A stretch of DNA of 62,006 bases from contig CAZXAR010000001.1 of NCBI GenBank assembly GCA_964638135.1, positions 13,333 through 75,338 of the forward strand, written 5' to 3'. The translations under genes and the position numbers were made by a program. This stretch comes from an uncultured Enterobacteriaceae bacterium. Its GTDB lineage: Bacteria > Pseudomonadota > Gammaproteobacteria > Burkholderiales > SG8-39. Under the pieces are notes generated by a model, which was given only the letters and a program-made list of their open reading frames with translations, was not told the DNA's origin and did not search any database. Shown here one piece after another: positions 28,549-40,121 of the stretch; within the stretch, counting starts at the first letter, position 1, and each line of letters starts with the position of its first letter.

Positions 28549-29604
28549 ATGAAGGTCGCGGTATTGCCGGGCGATGGCATCGGCCCGGAGGTCGTCGCGC
28601 AGGCGCTCAAGGTGCTGGGGCGGCTCGCTTTGCCGCTCGAGCTGGCGGAAGCCCCGGTGGGCGGGGTCGGGGTGGACGCTGCCGGCGACCCGCTTCCCGC
28701 GGCAACGCTCGCGCTCGCGAAGCAGGCCGATGCGATACTTTTCGGCGCCGTCGGAGACCCTCGATACGATGCATTGCCACGCGCGCAGCGTCCTGAACAG
28801 GCGATTCTCGGCCTGCGGAAAGCGCTCGCGCTGTTCGCCAATCTGCGGCCGGCGATCGTGCATGCCGAGCTCGCCGGCGCGTCGACGCTCAGGCCGGAGG
28901 TGGTGGCCGGGCTCGATCTCCTCATCGTTCGTGAGCTCACCGGCGACATCTACTTCGGGCAGCCGAAGGGAATACGGCCTGCCGCGGCCGGCGGCCGCGA
29001 GGGCTTCGACACCATGCGCTATTCCGAGCACGAAGTGCGGCGCATCGCGAAAGTGGCGTTCGAGGCGGCGCGCAAGCGCGCGAGGCGGGTCTGTTCCGTG
29101 GACAAGGCGAACGTGCTCGAGACCTCGCAGCTGTGGCGCGAAGTGGTCAGCGCGGAGGCGAAAAACTACGCGGACGTCGAGGTCTCGCACATGTACGTGG
29201 ATAACTGCGCCATGCAACTGGTGCGAAACCCGAAGCAGTTCGACGTCATCGTGACCGGGAACATGTTCGGCGACATCCTCTCGGACGAAGCATCGATGCT
29301 CACCGGGTCGATTGGAATGCTGCCCTCGGCCTCCTTGGACGCTGACGCAAAGGGCCTCTACGAGCCGATTCACGGCTCGGCCCCCGACATCGCGGGAAAG
29401 GACATTGCCAATCCCCTGGCCACGATCCTTTCGGCGGCAATGATGCTGCGCTATTCGCTCGGACGCCCCGGGGAGGCCGAGCGGATCGAGCGGGCGGTGC
29501 GCGCGGTGCTGCGCGATGGCTACCGAACCGCCGACCTATATACTGAGGGGACCCGAAGGACGGGTACCGAAGAGATGGGGAACGCGGTCGCGGACCGGTT
29601 GTGA
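28549..29604 (+). CDS. leuB: 3-isopropylmalate dehydrogenase
   Basis: 351 aa isocitrate/isopropylmalate dehydrogenase family ([25 protein letters not shown]). Confidence 0.95.
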   Translation: MKVAVLPGDGIGPEVVAQALKVLGRLALPLELAEAPVGGVGVDAAGDPLPAATLALAKQADAILFGAVGDPRYDALPRAQRPEQAILGLRKALALFANLRPAIVHAELAGASTLRPEVVAGLDLLIVRELTGDIYFGQPKGIRPAAAGGREGFDTMRYSEHEVRRIAKVAFEAARKRARRVCSVDKANVLETSQLWREVVSAEAKNYADVEVSHMYVDNCAMQLVRNPKQFDVIVTGNMFGDILSDEASMLTGSIGMLPSASLDADAKGLYEPIHGSAPDIAGKDIANPLATILSAAMMLRYSLGRPGEAERIERAVRAVLRDGYRTADLYTEGTRRTGTEEMGNAVADRL

Positions 29605-29619
29605 GCTGAGAATGCAGCC

Positions 29620-30750
29620 ATGCTGAGGGTGGGCATCGTCGGTTGGCGGGGAATGGTGGGATCGGTTCTCGTGCACCGCATGCGCGAGGAGGGCGATTTC
29701 GACCACGTCGAGCCGGTGTTCTTTTCGACCTCGCAGGCGGGCGGCAGGGGCCCGGCAATCGGAGCGCAGACTGCCGCGGTGGGCAATGCGAACGATGTCG
29801 CGGCATTGCAGCGGCTGCCGGTAATCGTTTCCTGCCAGGGCGGCGAGTATACGAACGAGATCTACCCGAAACTGCGCCAGCAGGGCTGGAAGGGCTACTG
29901 GATCGACGCGGCGAGCGCCCTGCGCATGCAGGACGATGCGGTCATCATCCTGGATCCCGTCAATCTGAAACTCATCCAGGATTCGGTGGCGAAGGGCGGC
30001 CGGAACTTCATCGGCGGAAACTGCACTCTGACGCTGATGCTGATGGGTCTGGCAGGACTGTTCCAGAACGACGCGGTCGAGTGGGTGACGTGCATGACCT
30101 ATCAGGCCGCGTCCGGCGCCGGCGCCGCGAACATGAGGGAATTGGTGGCGCAGATGGCGCATCTCGGCGAGGCCGCAAGAGGAGTGCTCGCCGACCCGGC
30201 AGCGACCGCGCTCGACATCGACCGGCGCGTGACCGAAACGCTCCGCAGCGCGGCGCTGCCCAAGGAGGAGTTCGGACATCCGCTCGCCGCGAGCCTGCTG
30301 CCATGGATCGACAAGGACCTCGGCAACGGCCAGAGTCGCGAGGAATGGAAAGGTCAGGCCGAAACGAACAAGATCCTCGGCCGGAGCGAGCGCCCGATTC
30401 CGGTGGACGGGATCTGCGTGCGCGTCGGCGCGATGCGATGCCACAGCCAGGCGCTGACGGTCAAGCTCAAGGCGGATATTCCGCTGGACGAGATCGCGGG
30501 CATGATCGCGGAAGCGAACGACTGGGTGAGAGTCGTGCCGAACCGGCGCGAAGAGACGCTCGCCGAACTCACCCCGGCTGCGGTGAGTGGAAGACTGTCG
30601 GTGCCCGTAGGCAGGCTGCGCAAGATGACCATGGGTGGGGCCTATCTGGCCGCTTTCACCGTCGGTGACCAACTGCTCTGGGGTGCTGCCGAGCCCCTGC
30701 GCCGCATGTTGCGGATCCTGCTTGACGCCGGAGTTCGCAACCCCTCCTGA
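29620..30750 (+). CDS. asd: Aspartate-semialdehyde dehydrogenase
   Basis: 376 aa: [17 protein letters not shown]..., with the active-site region [11 protein letters not shown]. Confidence 0.95.
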   Translation: MLRVGIVGWRGMVGSVLVHRMREEGDFDHVEPVFFSTSQAGGRGPAIGAQTAAVGNANDVAALQRLPVIVSCQGGEYTNEIYPKLRQQGWKGYWIDAASALRMQDDAVIILDPVNLKLIQDSVAKGGRNFIGGNCTLTLMLMGLAGLFQNDAVEWVTCMTYQAASGAGAANMRELVAQMAHLGEAARGVLADPAATALDIDRRVTETLRSAALPKEEFGHPLAASLLPWIDKDLGNGQSREEWKGQAETNKILGRSERPIPVDGICVRVGAMRCHSQALTVKLKADIPLDEIAGMIAEANDWVRVVPNRREETLAELTPAAVSGRLSVPVGRLRKMTMGGAYLAAFTVGDQLLWGAAEPLRRMLRILLDAGVRNPS

Positions 30751-30897
30751 TGCCCGAAGGTTTCTTTTTCGCTGCCGGGCGAAAGCCGCGAAATTGGAGG
30801 AAATCCCTCAGCTTGCAGGGCTAATGCCATGATGTTATGGTACTCAGTCCGAGAAGAACGACTCAGGGTGGTGCCGATGCGTACTGGAGGCACGGGA

Positions 30898-33405
30898 ATG
30901 CGGCTCGTGTTGGCGGCATGCCTGCTGTTACCGCTGGTCGCGGGTGCCGCCGGACTCGGTCGGCTGACGCTGCTCTCGGCCTTGGGCGAACCGCTACGCG
31001 CCGAAGTGGAAGTCGTGGCACTGCAGCCCGGCGAAGCCGATACGCTTTCGGCACGGCTCGCTTCACCCGACGCGTTCCGCCAGGCTGGCATCGAGTACAG
31101 CCCGACGTTGCTTTCGATTCGCGTGGCGCTCGAACGACGCGAGGGAAAGCCGCTGGTGCGGCTGAGTTCGGTGCAGCCGGTGAACGACCCCTTCCTCGAT
31201 CTGCTCCTGGAACTGCAGTGGGCGACCGGTCGTCTGGTGCGCGAGTACACGGTGCTTCTCGATCCGCCGGATTTTCGCGCGCGAGCCCCCCTCGCGGCCG
31301 CGCCCGCGCAGGTGCAGCCGCCGGTGCCCGCGCCGGCCCCGGCGGCGCCGGTTGAGGCTCGCCCGCTTCCCTCTGAGGCCGGGGTTTCGCGTACCTACGA
31401 GGTCAAGAAAGGGGACACGCTCGGCAGGATCGCGCGCGAAAACAAACTCGAAGGCGTCAGCTTTCATCAGATGCTGATCGCGCTCTACCGCGCCAACCCC
31501 GAAGCTTTCATCCGCAAGAACGTCAATCTGGTGCGCGCGGGCCGGATCCTGAAGATCCCGGATCGCGAGGCGGCGGCCGCGGTTTCCAATACCGAGGCCA
31601 ATCGCATCGTGACGACGCACCACGCGGAATTCGCCGAATACCGCGCGAAGCTCGCCGCGGCAGTCGCGGCCAAGCCGGCGAGCACCGTCCCGGGGCAACG
31701 CGAAGTTGCGGGACGCATCACGGCCAAGCCGGAAGCGCCGGAGGCTCGCGCGCCGAAGGACCAGCTCAAGCTGTCGAAAGCGGATGTGGCAAAACCGTCC
31801 TCGCCTGTGGCGCGTGCCGCGCGCGAGGATGACAAGGTTGCCGAGAGGCGCGCCTTGCAGGAAGCGCAGTCGCGCGTCGCCGACCTGGAGAAGAACGTCT
31901 CCGACCTGCAGAAGCTGCTCGAAATGAAGAACAAGCAGCTCGCGCAGCTCGAGCAGAAAGCGACCGTGGCGCCCGCCGCAGCGCCGGCCCCAGCGACCAA
32001 GGAGGCGGCAAAGGCGCCTGAGCCGCCCAAACCGGCGGTCGAGCCGGCCAAGCCCGCGGCGGAGCCGGCCAAGCCCGTGCCCGAGGCGGCAAAGCCCGCC
32101 GTGGCGCCGAAACCGGCGCCCGCAGTCGCAAAGGCCCCCGCCGCGGAAAAACCCAAGCCCAAGCCTGCCCCGCCGCCTCCGCCGGAGCCAAGCCTGGTCG
32201 ACGAGTTTCTCGATAATCCGCTTGCGTTGGGAGGGCTTGGCGGCGTGATCGTGCTGCTCGCCGGGTACGGCGCATGGGCCTGGCGCCGCAAGAAGGCGGC
32301 GGCACAAACGAGTTTCCAAGAGAGCATGCTGGGTTCGTCGTCGGGCCGTGCGGCACCCGCGGCCCCCGTGCCGGCTGCCCAGACTGCCGCGGCAGCGGCG
32401 ATTCCGGCCGCCATTGCAGCGGCTCAGCGGGCGGCCCCGGCGGCGGGTGAGGAGGTCGATCCGATCGCCGAAGCCGATGTTTATCTCGCCTATGGGCGCG
32501 ACGCGCAGGCCGAGGAGATCCTGAAGGACGCTCTTGCGAGTTCGCCGAACCGGGTCGCACTGCATCTTAAGCTGCTTGAAATATTCGCCCACCGACAGGA
32601 CAAGAACGGTTTCGAGAAGACCGCGCTCAAGGTTAAGGACCTGACGCAAGCCGCGGGGGCGGAATGGGCAAAGGCGAGGACCCTCGGGCATTCGATCGAT
32701 CCGGAAAACCAGTTGTACGGCGTGCGAGGCGGCGCGGAAGAGGGCAGGCCGCCGGCAGCCGAAGTGGCGGCGGCAGGAGCGGCCGCGGCAGCGCCGACGC
32801 TCGATTTTGATGTGGGGGCCGCAGCGCCGGGAGCAGCAGAGACATCGGCGGGAACACCCGCGGCGGTTTCGCTCGACTTCGACATTGGCGCAATCGCCCC
32901 CGCGGAAGAAAAGAAGGCGTTCGCGCCCGGGGACACGGTCGTTCTCGGGCCAGGCGCCGTGCCTGCGGCAGCCGAGTCGCCGGCCGCACCGCCTGCAGAG
33001 GCTGCGCAAAGCGCCGCCGGCCTGGACTTTGATATCAGTGCGCTGCAACCGCCTGCACCGGCCGCCGCGCCGCCGCCCGCTGCGCCCGCGAAGGAAGAGA
33101 GCACAGGGTCGCTCGATTTCGATCTCGACCTCGATCTGGGCGGAGAAAAACCCGCGCAGAAAAGTGCGCCTCCGCCGCCCGATTTTTCCACCGTCAGTCT
33201 CGATCTCGGAGCGGCAGGCGCAGTGACGCCGGCGACGAGTTCAGATCCCAGGTGGCAGGAAGTCGCCACCAAGCTTGATCTGGCGAAGGAGTATCAGCGC
33301 ATGGGCGACACGGACGGCGCGCGCGAGCTGCTCAATGAAGTGGCCACGCAGGGCGATACGGCGCAGCAGGCCCAGGCAAAGCAGATGCTTGCCGCACTGA
33401 CCTAG
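30898..33405 (+). CDS. fimV: FimV-like type IV pilus assembly / peptidoglycan-binding protein
   Basis: Signal peptide, LysM domain (YEVKKGDTLGRIAREN...AGRILKIP), coiled coil, Pro/Ala/Lys-rich repeats, a TM segment (LGGLGGVIVLLAGYGAWAW), an acidic region and a C-terminal FimV motif (KLDLAKEYQRMGDTDGARELLNEV). The ATG at 30898 is preceded by GGAGG. Confidence 0.8.
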   Translation: MRLVLAACLLLPLVAGAAGLGRLTLLSALGEPLRAEVEVVALQPGEADTLSARLASPDAFRQAGIEYSPTLLSIRVALERREGKPLVRLSSVQPVNDPFLDLLLELQWATGRLVREYTVLLDPPDFRARAPLAAAPAQVQPPVPAPAPAAPVEARPLPSEAGVSRTYEVKKGDTLGRIARENKLEGVSFHQMLIALYRANPEAFIRKNVNLVRAGRILKIPDREAAAAVSNTEANRIVTTHHAEFAEYRAKLAAAVAAKPASTVPGQREVAGRITAKPEAPEARAPKDQLKLSKADVAKPSSPVARAAREDDKVAERRALQEAQSRVADLEKNVSDLQKLLEMKNKQLAQLEQKATVAPAAAPAPATKEAAKAPEPPKPAVEPAKPAAEPAKPVPEAAKPAVAPKPAPAVAKAPAAEKPKPKPAPPPPPEPSLVDEFLDNPLALGGLGGVIVLLAGYGAWAWRRKKAAAQTSFQESMLGSSSGRAAPAAPVPAAQTAAAAAIPAAIAAAQRAAPAAGEEVDPIAEADVYLAYGRDAQAEEILKDALASSPNRVALHLKLLEIFAHRQDKNGFEKTALKVKDLTQAAGAEWAKARTLGHSIDPENQLYGVRGGAEEGRPPAAEVAAAGAAAAAPTLDFDVGAAAPGAAETSAGTPAAVSLDFDIGAIAPAEEKKAFAPGDTVVLGPGAVPAAAESPAAPPAEAAQSAAGLDFDISALQPPAPAAAPPPAAPAKEESTGSLDFDLDLDLGGEKPAQKSAPPPPDFSTVSLDLGAAGAVTPATSSDPRWQEVATKLDLAKEYQRMGDTDGARELLNEVATQGDTAQQAQAKQMLAALT
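32041..32103 (+). repeat. Three tandem 21-nt in-frame coding repeats within fimV (EPAKPAA/EPAKPVP/EAAKPAV)
   Basis: The three units are GAGCCGGCCAAGCCCGCGGCG, GAGCCGGCCAAGCCCGTGCCC and GAGGCGGCAAAGCCCGCCGTG. Confidence 0.85.
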
Positions 33406-33431
33406 CTGCGGAACCGGCCGAGGGACAGAAG

Positions 33432-33466
33432 AGCCGCGGCGCGCAGGCGACCGCGGCTTTTGTTTT
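33432..33466 (+). terminator. Rho-independent terminator after fimV
   Basis: Stem AGCCGCGG (33432-33439) / CCGCGGCT (33451-33458), followed by TTTTGTTTT. Confidence 0.7.
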
Positions 33467-33468
33467 CC

Positions 33469-34260
33469 ATGCGCATTGCACTGGGACTCGAATACGACGG
33501 CAGCCGCTTTCTGGGCTGGCAGACGCAGCCCGAGGGCGGCACGGTGCAGGACGCGCTGCAAGCGGCGCTCGCCGCGATTTCCGGAAACCCCGTCTCGGTT
33601 ACCTGCGCGGGCCGCACCGATCGCGGCGTGCATGCGCGCGAACAGGTGGTGCATTTCGATACCGAGGCCACACGTCCGGATACCGCATGGGTGCGCGGGG
33701 TAAACGCGTTCCTGCCCGAATGCGCGGCCGTGCGCTGGGCGTTCCGGGTACCTTCGGACTTCCACGCGCGCTATGACGCGATCTCCCGCGCCTACCGGTA
33801 TGTGCTCCTGAACCGGGGCGTACGGCCGGCGCTTGGTGCGCCCTACGTCGGCTGGGTGCACGCGCCGCTCGAGGTAGAGCCGATGCGCGATGCGGCACGG
33901 TTTCTCATCGGCGAACACGATTTCTCGGCGTTCCGCTCCGCCGAGTGCCAGGCGAGGACACCGGTGCGAACGTTGCACGAGCTTTCGATTGCGCGCCAGG
34001 GCGAGCGCATCGATTTCGTGCTGCGGGCGAACGCCTACCTGCATCACATGGTGCGCAATATCGTCGGCACGCTGGTCCAGGTGGGCAAGGGCGCCCGGCC
34101 GCCCGCCTGGGTGCAGGAAGTGCTTGCCGCGCGCAAGCGTGCGCTCGCCGCGCCGACATTCCCTGCGCAGGGGCTGTACCTCGAATCGGTGATCTATGCG
34201 CCGTCCTGGAACCTGCCGCGAATCGAGCCGGCGCGACTCTCGATCCCTGCGGAAGCATGA
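33469..34260 (+). CDS. truA: tRNA pseudouridine(38-40) synthase
   Basis: MRIALGLEYDGSRFLGWQ..., with the catalytic motif GRTDRGVHA. Start at ATG 33469. Confidence 0.95.
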   Translation: MRIALGLEYDGSRFLGWQTQPEGGTVQDALQAALAAISGNPVSVTCAGRTDRGVHAREQVVHFDTEATRPDTAWVRGVNAFLPECAAVRWAFRVPSDFHARYDAISRAYRYVLLNRGVRPALGAPYVGWVHAPLEVEPMRDAARFLIGEHDFSAFRSAECQARTPVRTLHELSIARQGERIDFVLRANAYLHHMVRNIVGTLVQVGKGARPPAWVQEVLAARKRALAAPTFPAQGLYLESVIYAPSWNLPRIEPARLSIPAEA

Positions 34261-34877
34261 GGACGCGGGTCAAGATCTGCGGCATCACGCGGGCCGAGGA
34301 CCTGCTGGCGGCGGCGGAGGCGGGCGCGGACGCCTTCGGCTTGGTCTTCTATCGGCCCAGTCCGCGCTGTCTCACGCTGGAAAGCGCGCGCGCGCTGCGC
34401 CGCTCGGCGCCGGCGTTTCTCACCTCGGTGGCGCTGTTCGTCAATCCGGATGAAGAAGAGGTGCGCCGCGTGCTCGACGCGGTGCGGCCCGACCTGCTGC
34501 AATTCCATGGCGAGGAATCGCCCGGATTCTGCCGCGCGTTCGGAGTGCCGTATGTCAAGGCTTGCAGGGTGAGGAAAGGGGTCGATTTGCTAGAATACTG
34601 GCAGCCGTTTTCCGATGCCTGCGCCTGGCTCGCGGATGCGTGGGTGGACGAATACGGCGGCGTCGGCAAGGGCTTCGACTGGTCGCTGGTGCCTGCCGAG
34701 CACGCAAGGCCGATCATTCTTTCCGGAGGCCTGGAGGCGGGGAATGTCGGCGGTGCCATTCGCCGGGTCCGGCCTTGGGGCGTGGACGTCTCGAGCGGTG
34801 TCGAATCCGCGAAAGGCATCAAGGACGCGGCGAAGATCGCCGCATTCGTCGCCGAGGTCAGAAATGCAGATGCTTGA
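34257..34877 (+). CDS. trpF: Phosphoribosylanthranilate isomerase
   Basis: [16 protein letters not shown]..., PRAI family. ATGA overlap with the truA stop. Confidence 0.9.
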   Translation: MRTRVKICGITRAEDLLAAAEAGADAFGLVFYRPSPRCLTLESARALRRSAPAFLTSVALFVNPDEEEVRRVLDAVRPDLLQFHGEESPGFCRAFGVPYVKACRVRKGVDLLEYWQPFSDACAWLADAWVDEYGGVGKGFDWSLVPAEHARPIILSGGLEAGNVGGAIRRVRPWGVDVSSGVESAKGIKDAAKIAAFVAEVRNADA

Positions 34878-36063
34878 CCTGCCCGACTCACGCGGGCATT
34901 TCGGTCCCTATGGTGGCGCATTCGTCCCCGAGACGCTGACGCACGCGCTGGAAGAATTGCGCGACGCCTACGCGCGGTGTCGCAACGACCCGGAATTCGT
35001 CGCCGCGTTCCGCTACGAACTGAAGCATTACGTCGGGCGGCCGAGCCCGGTCTACCATGCCCGACGCTGGTCCCAACGACTCGGCGGCGCGCAGATCTAT
35101 CTGAAGCGGGAGGACCTCAACCATACCGGAGCGCACAAGATCAACAACACCGTGGGCCAGGCCCTCCTCGCGCGCCGCATGGGCAAGCGGCGCGTGATCG
35201 CCGAGACCGGTGCCGGCCAGCATGGCGTGGCGAGCGCCACCGTTGCCGCGCGCTACGCCATGGAGTGCGTCGTGTACATGGGTGCCGAGGACATCAAGCG
35301 GCAATCGGCGAACGTCTACCGCATGAAGCTGCTCGGCGCCACGGTCGTGCCGGTCGAGTCCGGTTCGCGCACCCTCAAGGATGCGCTCAACGAAGCGATG
35401 CGCGACTGGGTGACGAACGTCGAGAACACCTTCTACATCATCGGCACCGTCGCGGGACCGCATCCCTACCCGATGATGGTGCGCGACTTTCAGTGCGTGA
35501 TCGGCGAGGAGTGCAAGCTCCAGATGCCGGAGGTCGCCGGCCGGCAGCCCGACGCCGTGATCGCGTGCGTCGGCGGCGGATCGAATGCGATGGGGATCTT
35601 TCATCCCTATCTGGCCGAGACGAAGATCCGCCTGATCGGAGTCGAGGCCGCGGGCGAAGGGCTCGCCACGGGGCGGCACGCCGCGTCGCTGTGCGCCGGC
35701 AGACCCGGGGTGCTGCACGGCAATCGCACGTATCTGCTGCAGGACGCGAACGGCCAGATCATGGAGACCCACTCGGTATCGGCGGGACTCGATTACCCCG
35801 GGGTCGGACCCGAGCACGCCTGGCTCAAGGACTGCGGCCGGGCGGAGTATGTTGCGATCACCGACGACGAGGCGCTGAAGGCGTTTCATGACCTGTGCCG
35901 CCTCGAGGGCATCCTCCCTGCGCTCGAATCGGCGCATGCGCTTGCCTATGCGGCAAAGCTTGCGCCGACGCTGCCGACCGATGGCGTGCTGCTGGTCAAT
36001 CTCTCCGGGCGCGGCGACAAGGACATGGACACGGTCGCCGCGCGATCGGGTATCCGGTTCTGA
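34864..36063 (+). CDS. trpB: Tryptophan synthase beta chain
   Basis: PLP-Lys motif [11 protein letters not shown] and GGGSNAMG. The ATG at 34864 overlaps the trpF 3' end by 14 nt. Confidence 0.95.
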   Translation: MQMLDLPDSRGHFGPYGGAFVPETLTHALEELRDAYARCRNDPEFVAAFRYELKHYVGRPSPVYHARRWSQRLGGAQIYLKREDLNHTGAHKINNTVGQALLARRMGKRRVIAETGAGQHGVASATVAARYAMECVVYMGAEDIKRQSANVYRMKLLGATVVPVESGSRTLKDALNEAMRDWVTNVENTFYIIGTVAGPHPYPMMVRDFQCVIGEECKLQMPEVAGRQPDAVIACVGGGSNAMGIFHPYLAETKIRLIGVEAAGEGLATGRHAASLCAGRPGVLHGNRTYLLQDANGQIMETHSVSAGLDYPGVGPEHAWLKDCGRAEYVAITDDEALKAFHDLCRLEGILPALESAHALAYAAKLAPTLPTDGVLLVNLSGRGDKDMDTVAARSGIRF

Positions 36064-36856
36064 TGTCACGAATTGCGGCAAGGTTTGCGGCGTCGGCGGC
36101 GAAAAATCGCAAGCTGCTGATTCCCTACATCACCGCCGGCGATCCCGATCCGTCCCTCACGGTGCGCCTGATGCTTGCATTGAGCGAATCCGGGGCGGAC
36201 ATCCTGGAGCTGGGCGTGCCGTTCTCGGATCCGATGGCCGACGGCCCGGTTCTCCAGCGTTCCTCCGAGCGCGCGCTCGCGAGAGGCATGTCGCTCGGCG
36301 CAGTGCTCGCCATCGTGCGCGATTTCCGCAGCGCAAACGGCGACACGCCGGTCGTGCTGATGGGGTATGCCAACCCGATCGAGGCGATGGGTCCGGAGCC
36401 GTTCCTTGCCGCCGCCGCGCAGGCGGGCGTCGACGGCGTGATCGTGGTGGACTCTCCACCCGAGGAATGCGCGTCCTTCGCCGAGCTTGCGCGAAGCCGC
36501 GGCATCGATCCGATCTTTCTGCTTGCCCCGACCTCGACCGAGCGGCGCATCCGGGAAGTGGCGCGCGTCGGAAGCGGGTACCTGTACTACGTATCGCTCA
36601 AGGGAGTGACCGGCGCTGCCCATCTGGACGTTGCCGAGGTTGCGTCGAGGATTCCGAGAATCCGCGCCCTGACCAAGCTTCCGATCGGGGTCGGTTTTGG
36701 AATCCGCGATGCCGAAACCGCCCGCGGGGTCGCGCAGGCCGCCGACGCGGTGGTGATCGGCAGCCGGATCGTCCAGGAGATCGAGGCGGCCGGTCCCGAG
36801 CACGCGGTAGCGCGCGTGCAGGCGCTCATCCGGCCGATTCGCGCGGCGCTCGACGC

Positions 36857-36860
<4 letters not shown>
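36063..36860 (+). CDS. trpA: Tryptophan synthase alpha chain
   Basis: [10 protein letters not shown]...[21 protein letters not shown] overlap with the trpB stop. Confidence 0.95.
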
Positions 36861-37722
<862 letters not shown>

Positions 37723-37726
<4 letters not shown>

Positions 37727-38997
37727 AAGGCCGGTCGCTCGCCGACTGGCTCGATTACATCGAGCGGCAGCATCCGGAGAAAATCGCGCTGGGGCTGGAG
37801 CGCGTCAACGCCGTGCGCGCGGCACTCGGCATCGATCTGCGCTGCACGGTGATCACGGTCGGCGGCACCAACGGCAAGGGGTCCACCTGCGCGATGCTCG
37901 CCTCGATTCTCGGCAGCGCGGGCTATTGCACGGGCCTCTACACCTCGCCGCACCTGAGACGCTACAACGAGCGCGTGCGGTTTCTCGGCCGCGAGGCCGA
38001 CGACGACGCGCTCTGCGAGGCCTTTGCGGCGGTGGAACGGGCGCGCGGCGCGGTGCCGCTGACCTATTTCGAGTATGGAACGCTCGCCGCGGCGTGGTTT
38101 TTCTCCCGGCAGAGCCCCGATGCGGTCGTTCTCGAAGTCGGCCTCGGCGGGCGCCTCGACGCAGTCAACGCGTTCGATGCCGACTGTGCCGTACTGACCT
38201 GCGTGGCGATCGATCACGTCGACTACCTTGGTGACTCGCGCGAATCGATCGGTCGCGAGAAAGCCGGGATCTTCCGCCGCGGCAAGGCCGCGGTGATCGC
38301 CGAGCCGGATCCGCCGGCAAGCGTTCTGCACGAAGCGGATCGCGTCGGTGCCCGCGTGCTTCTGATCGGGCGCGAGTTCGGCTACGACGTGCGGGGCGCG
38401 CAGTGGTCGTACTGGGGGCCGTCGGGCAGCCGCCACGGCCTTGCGCACCCGGCGCTGCGCGGTGCCGTGCAACTGCGCAACGCGGCGGCCGCGCTTGCCG
38501 CCCTGGACGCGCTGCACGAGCGCCTCCCCGTCGCCATGCAGGACGTGCGGCGCGGACTTGCAGATCTCGAGCTGCCGGGCCGGTTCCAGGTTCTGCCGGG
38601 CCGACCGCAAGTCGTACTCGACGTCGCGCACAATCCCAACGCCGCCGCGACGCTCGCCGAAAACCTGGCGGCGAGCGGCTACGCGCCGCAGACCATTGCG
38701 GTCTTCGCCATGCTGCGCGACAAAGACATCGCGGGGGTGGTGCGCGCGCTCGCGCCCGGCATCACGCGCTGGCACGTTGCGGGGCTCGCCGGTCCGCGCG
38801 GCGCCACGCCGCACGAAATCGCCCGCGCGGTCGCGCAGGCGCGTGGAGCGGCGCCCGTGTGCGTTCACGAAACCGTCGCGGCGGCGCTGGCCGCCGCGCG
38901 GGAAGAGGCGACCGAGAATGATAAGATTTTAGTTTTCGGATCGTTCTACACGGTCGCGGAAGCGATTGCACAGCTCGAGCCGCACCGACATGGCTGA
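37723..38997 (+). CDS. folC: Bifunctional folylpolyglutamate synthase / dihydrofolate synthase
   Basis: Mur-ligase P-loop [10 protein letters not shown]. The GTG start overlaps the accD stop (GTGA). Confidence 0.9.
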
Positions 38998-39604
38998 GTC
39001 CCAGGATCTCAATACGCTCCGGCGTCGCGGAAGGCGCCGCCTCGTAGGCGCGATCGCGCTGGTGCTTCTCGCGGTGATCGTCTTGCCGATGGTATTCGAC
39101 TCGGAGCCGATGCCGAGTGCGCCGCCGGTGAGCGTACGCATTCCCGGCGAGGACGACGCCACGTTCTCGCCGAAGGTGACGCCGAAGGGTCCCGCGGCGC
39201 CGGTGGCGCCGCCGCCCGCCGGCGCGCTCGCCGAGCCGCCGAAGCCGCCTCCGGTCGCCAAGCCGGCGGCCAGGGCCGACGCTGCGCGCGCCGCCAAACC
39301 CTCGGACAAGGGCGCCGCGGCGAGCGGAGAGCGGGACGAGCGCGCGCGGGCCGAAGCCGCCTTGAGCGGCGAGCAGTTCGTGGTTCCCGTGGCCGCGTTT
39401 GCCAGCGCGGAAAAAGTCAAGGAGCTTGCCGACCGGCTCGCAGGAGCGAAAATACCCTTTTACACCGAGCCAATCGCGACCGCCAAAGGCCCGGTCACGC
39501 GGGTGCGCGCCGGTCCCTTCGCCGACCGCGCGGCGGCCGAGCAGGCGCTCGAGCGGCTCAAGACCCTTGGCCTCAAGCCCGGCAACGTACTGAGCAAGTC
39601 GTGA
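38990..39604 (+). CDS. dedD: SPOR-domain cell-division protein (DedD-like)
   Basis: N-terminal TM segment (LVGAIALVLLAVIVLPMVF), a Pro/Ala-rich linker and a C-terminal SPOR domain (FVVPVAAFASAEKVKELADRL...RVRAGPFADRAAAEQA). Confidence 0.75.
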   Translation: MAESQDLNTLRRRGRRRLVGAIALVLLAVIVLPMVFDSEPMPSAPPVSVRIPGEDDATFSPKVTPKGPAAPVAPPPAGALAEPPKPPPVAKPAARADAARAAKPSDKGAAASGERDERARAEAALSGEQFVVPVAAFASAEKVKELADRLAGAKIPFYTEPIATAKGPVTRVRAGPFADRAAAEQALERLKTLGLKPGNVLSKS

Positions 39605-40092
39605 GCTGGTTCGACTTCGCGGTCGTGGGCGTGCTCGCGGTGTCGATCGCCTGGGGCGTCTGGCACGGCCTGGTGCGCGAGGTGATCTCGATCTTGGGCT
39701 GGGTCATCGCGTTTCTCGCGGCGAACCTGTTTGCCGGTCCGCTCGGGGAGGCAATGCCGGCCGAAATCCCGACCTCGGAGCTGAAGCTGGCGATCGCGTT
39801 CGTGGCCGTCTTCGTCGGTTCGCTCGTGGTCACCACGCTGCTCGCGCTGCTGCTGTCGAAGATCGTGAAGGCGGTGGGGCTTGGCGGACTCGACCGCGTG
39901 CTCGGCGCGCTGTTCGGCGCTGCGCGGGGCGTGCTCGTCCTGGTCGCCCTCGCGCTGCTGGCCGGACTGAGCGGCGCGCCGCGACAGCCGTTCTGGCGCG
40001 AATCGGTGACCGGCGAGCCGCTTGCCCGAACGGCGCTTGCCCTCAAGCCGCTGCTGCCGCAAACGTTCGGCGAGCGTCTGCGGTATGATTGA
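39601..40092 (+). CDS. cvpA: Colicin V production membrane protein CvpA
   Basis: 163 aa with 4 TM segments and the typical MSWFDFAVVGVL N-terminus. The GTG start overlaps the dedD stop. Confidence 0.85.
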   Translation: MSWFDFAVVGVLAVSIAWGVWHGLVREVISILGWVIAFLAANLFAGPLGEAMPAEIPTSELKLAIAFVAVFVGSLVVTTLLALLLSKIVKAVGLGGLDRVLGALFGAARGVLVLVALALLAGLSGAPRQPFWRESVTGEPLARTALALKPLLPQTFGERLRYD

Positions 40093-40121
40093 TCTTTAAC
40101 GACCTGCGGGGGACGCCTCCC

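Noticed and set aside
30751-30897. Short hairpin TTTCGC/GCGAAA and ACTCAG direct repeats in the asd-fimV spacer
   Set aside because: The stem is only 6 bp, no U-tract follows, and the repeats are too short to distinguish from chance.
34588-34596. TGcTAGAAT extended -10-like sequence inside trpF, a possible internal promoter for trpB
   Set aside because: It lies within coding sequence (it encodes ...VDLLEYW...), 270 nt from trpB, with no supporting -35 element. A chance occurrence cannot be excluded.
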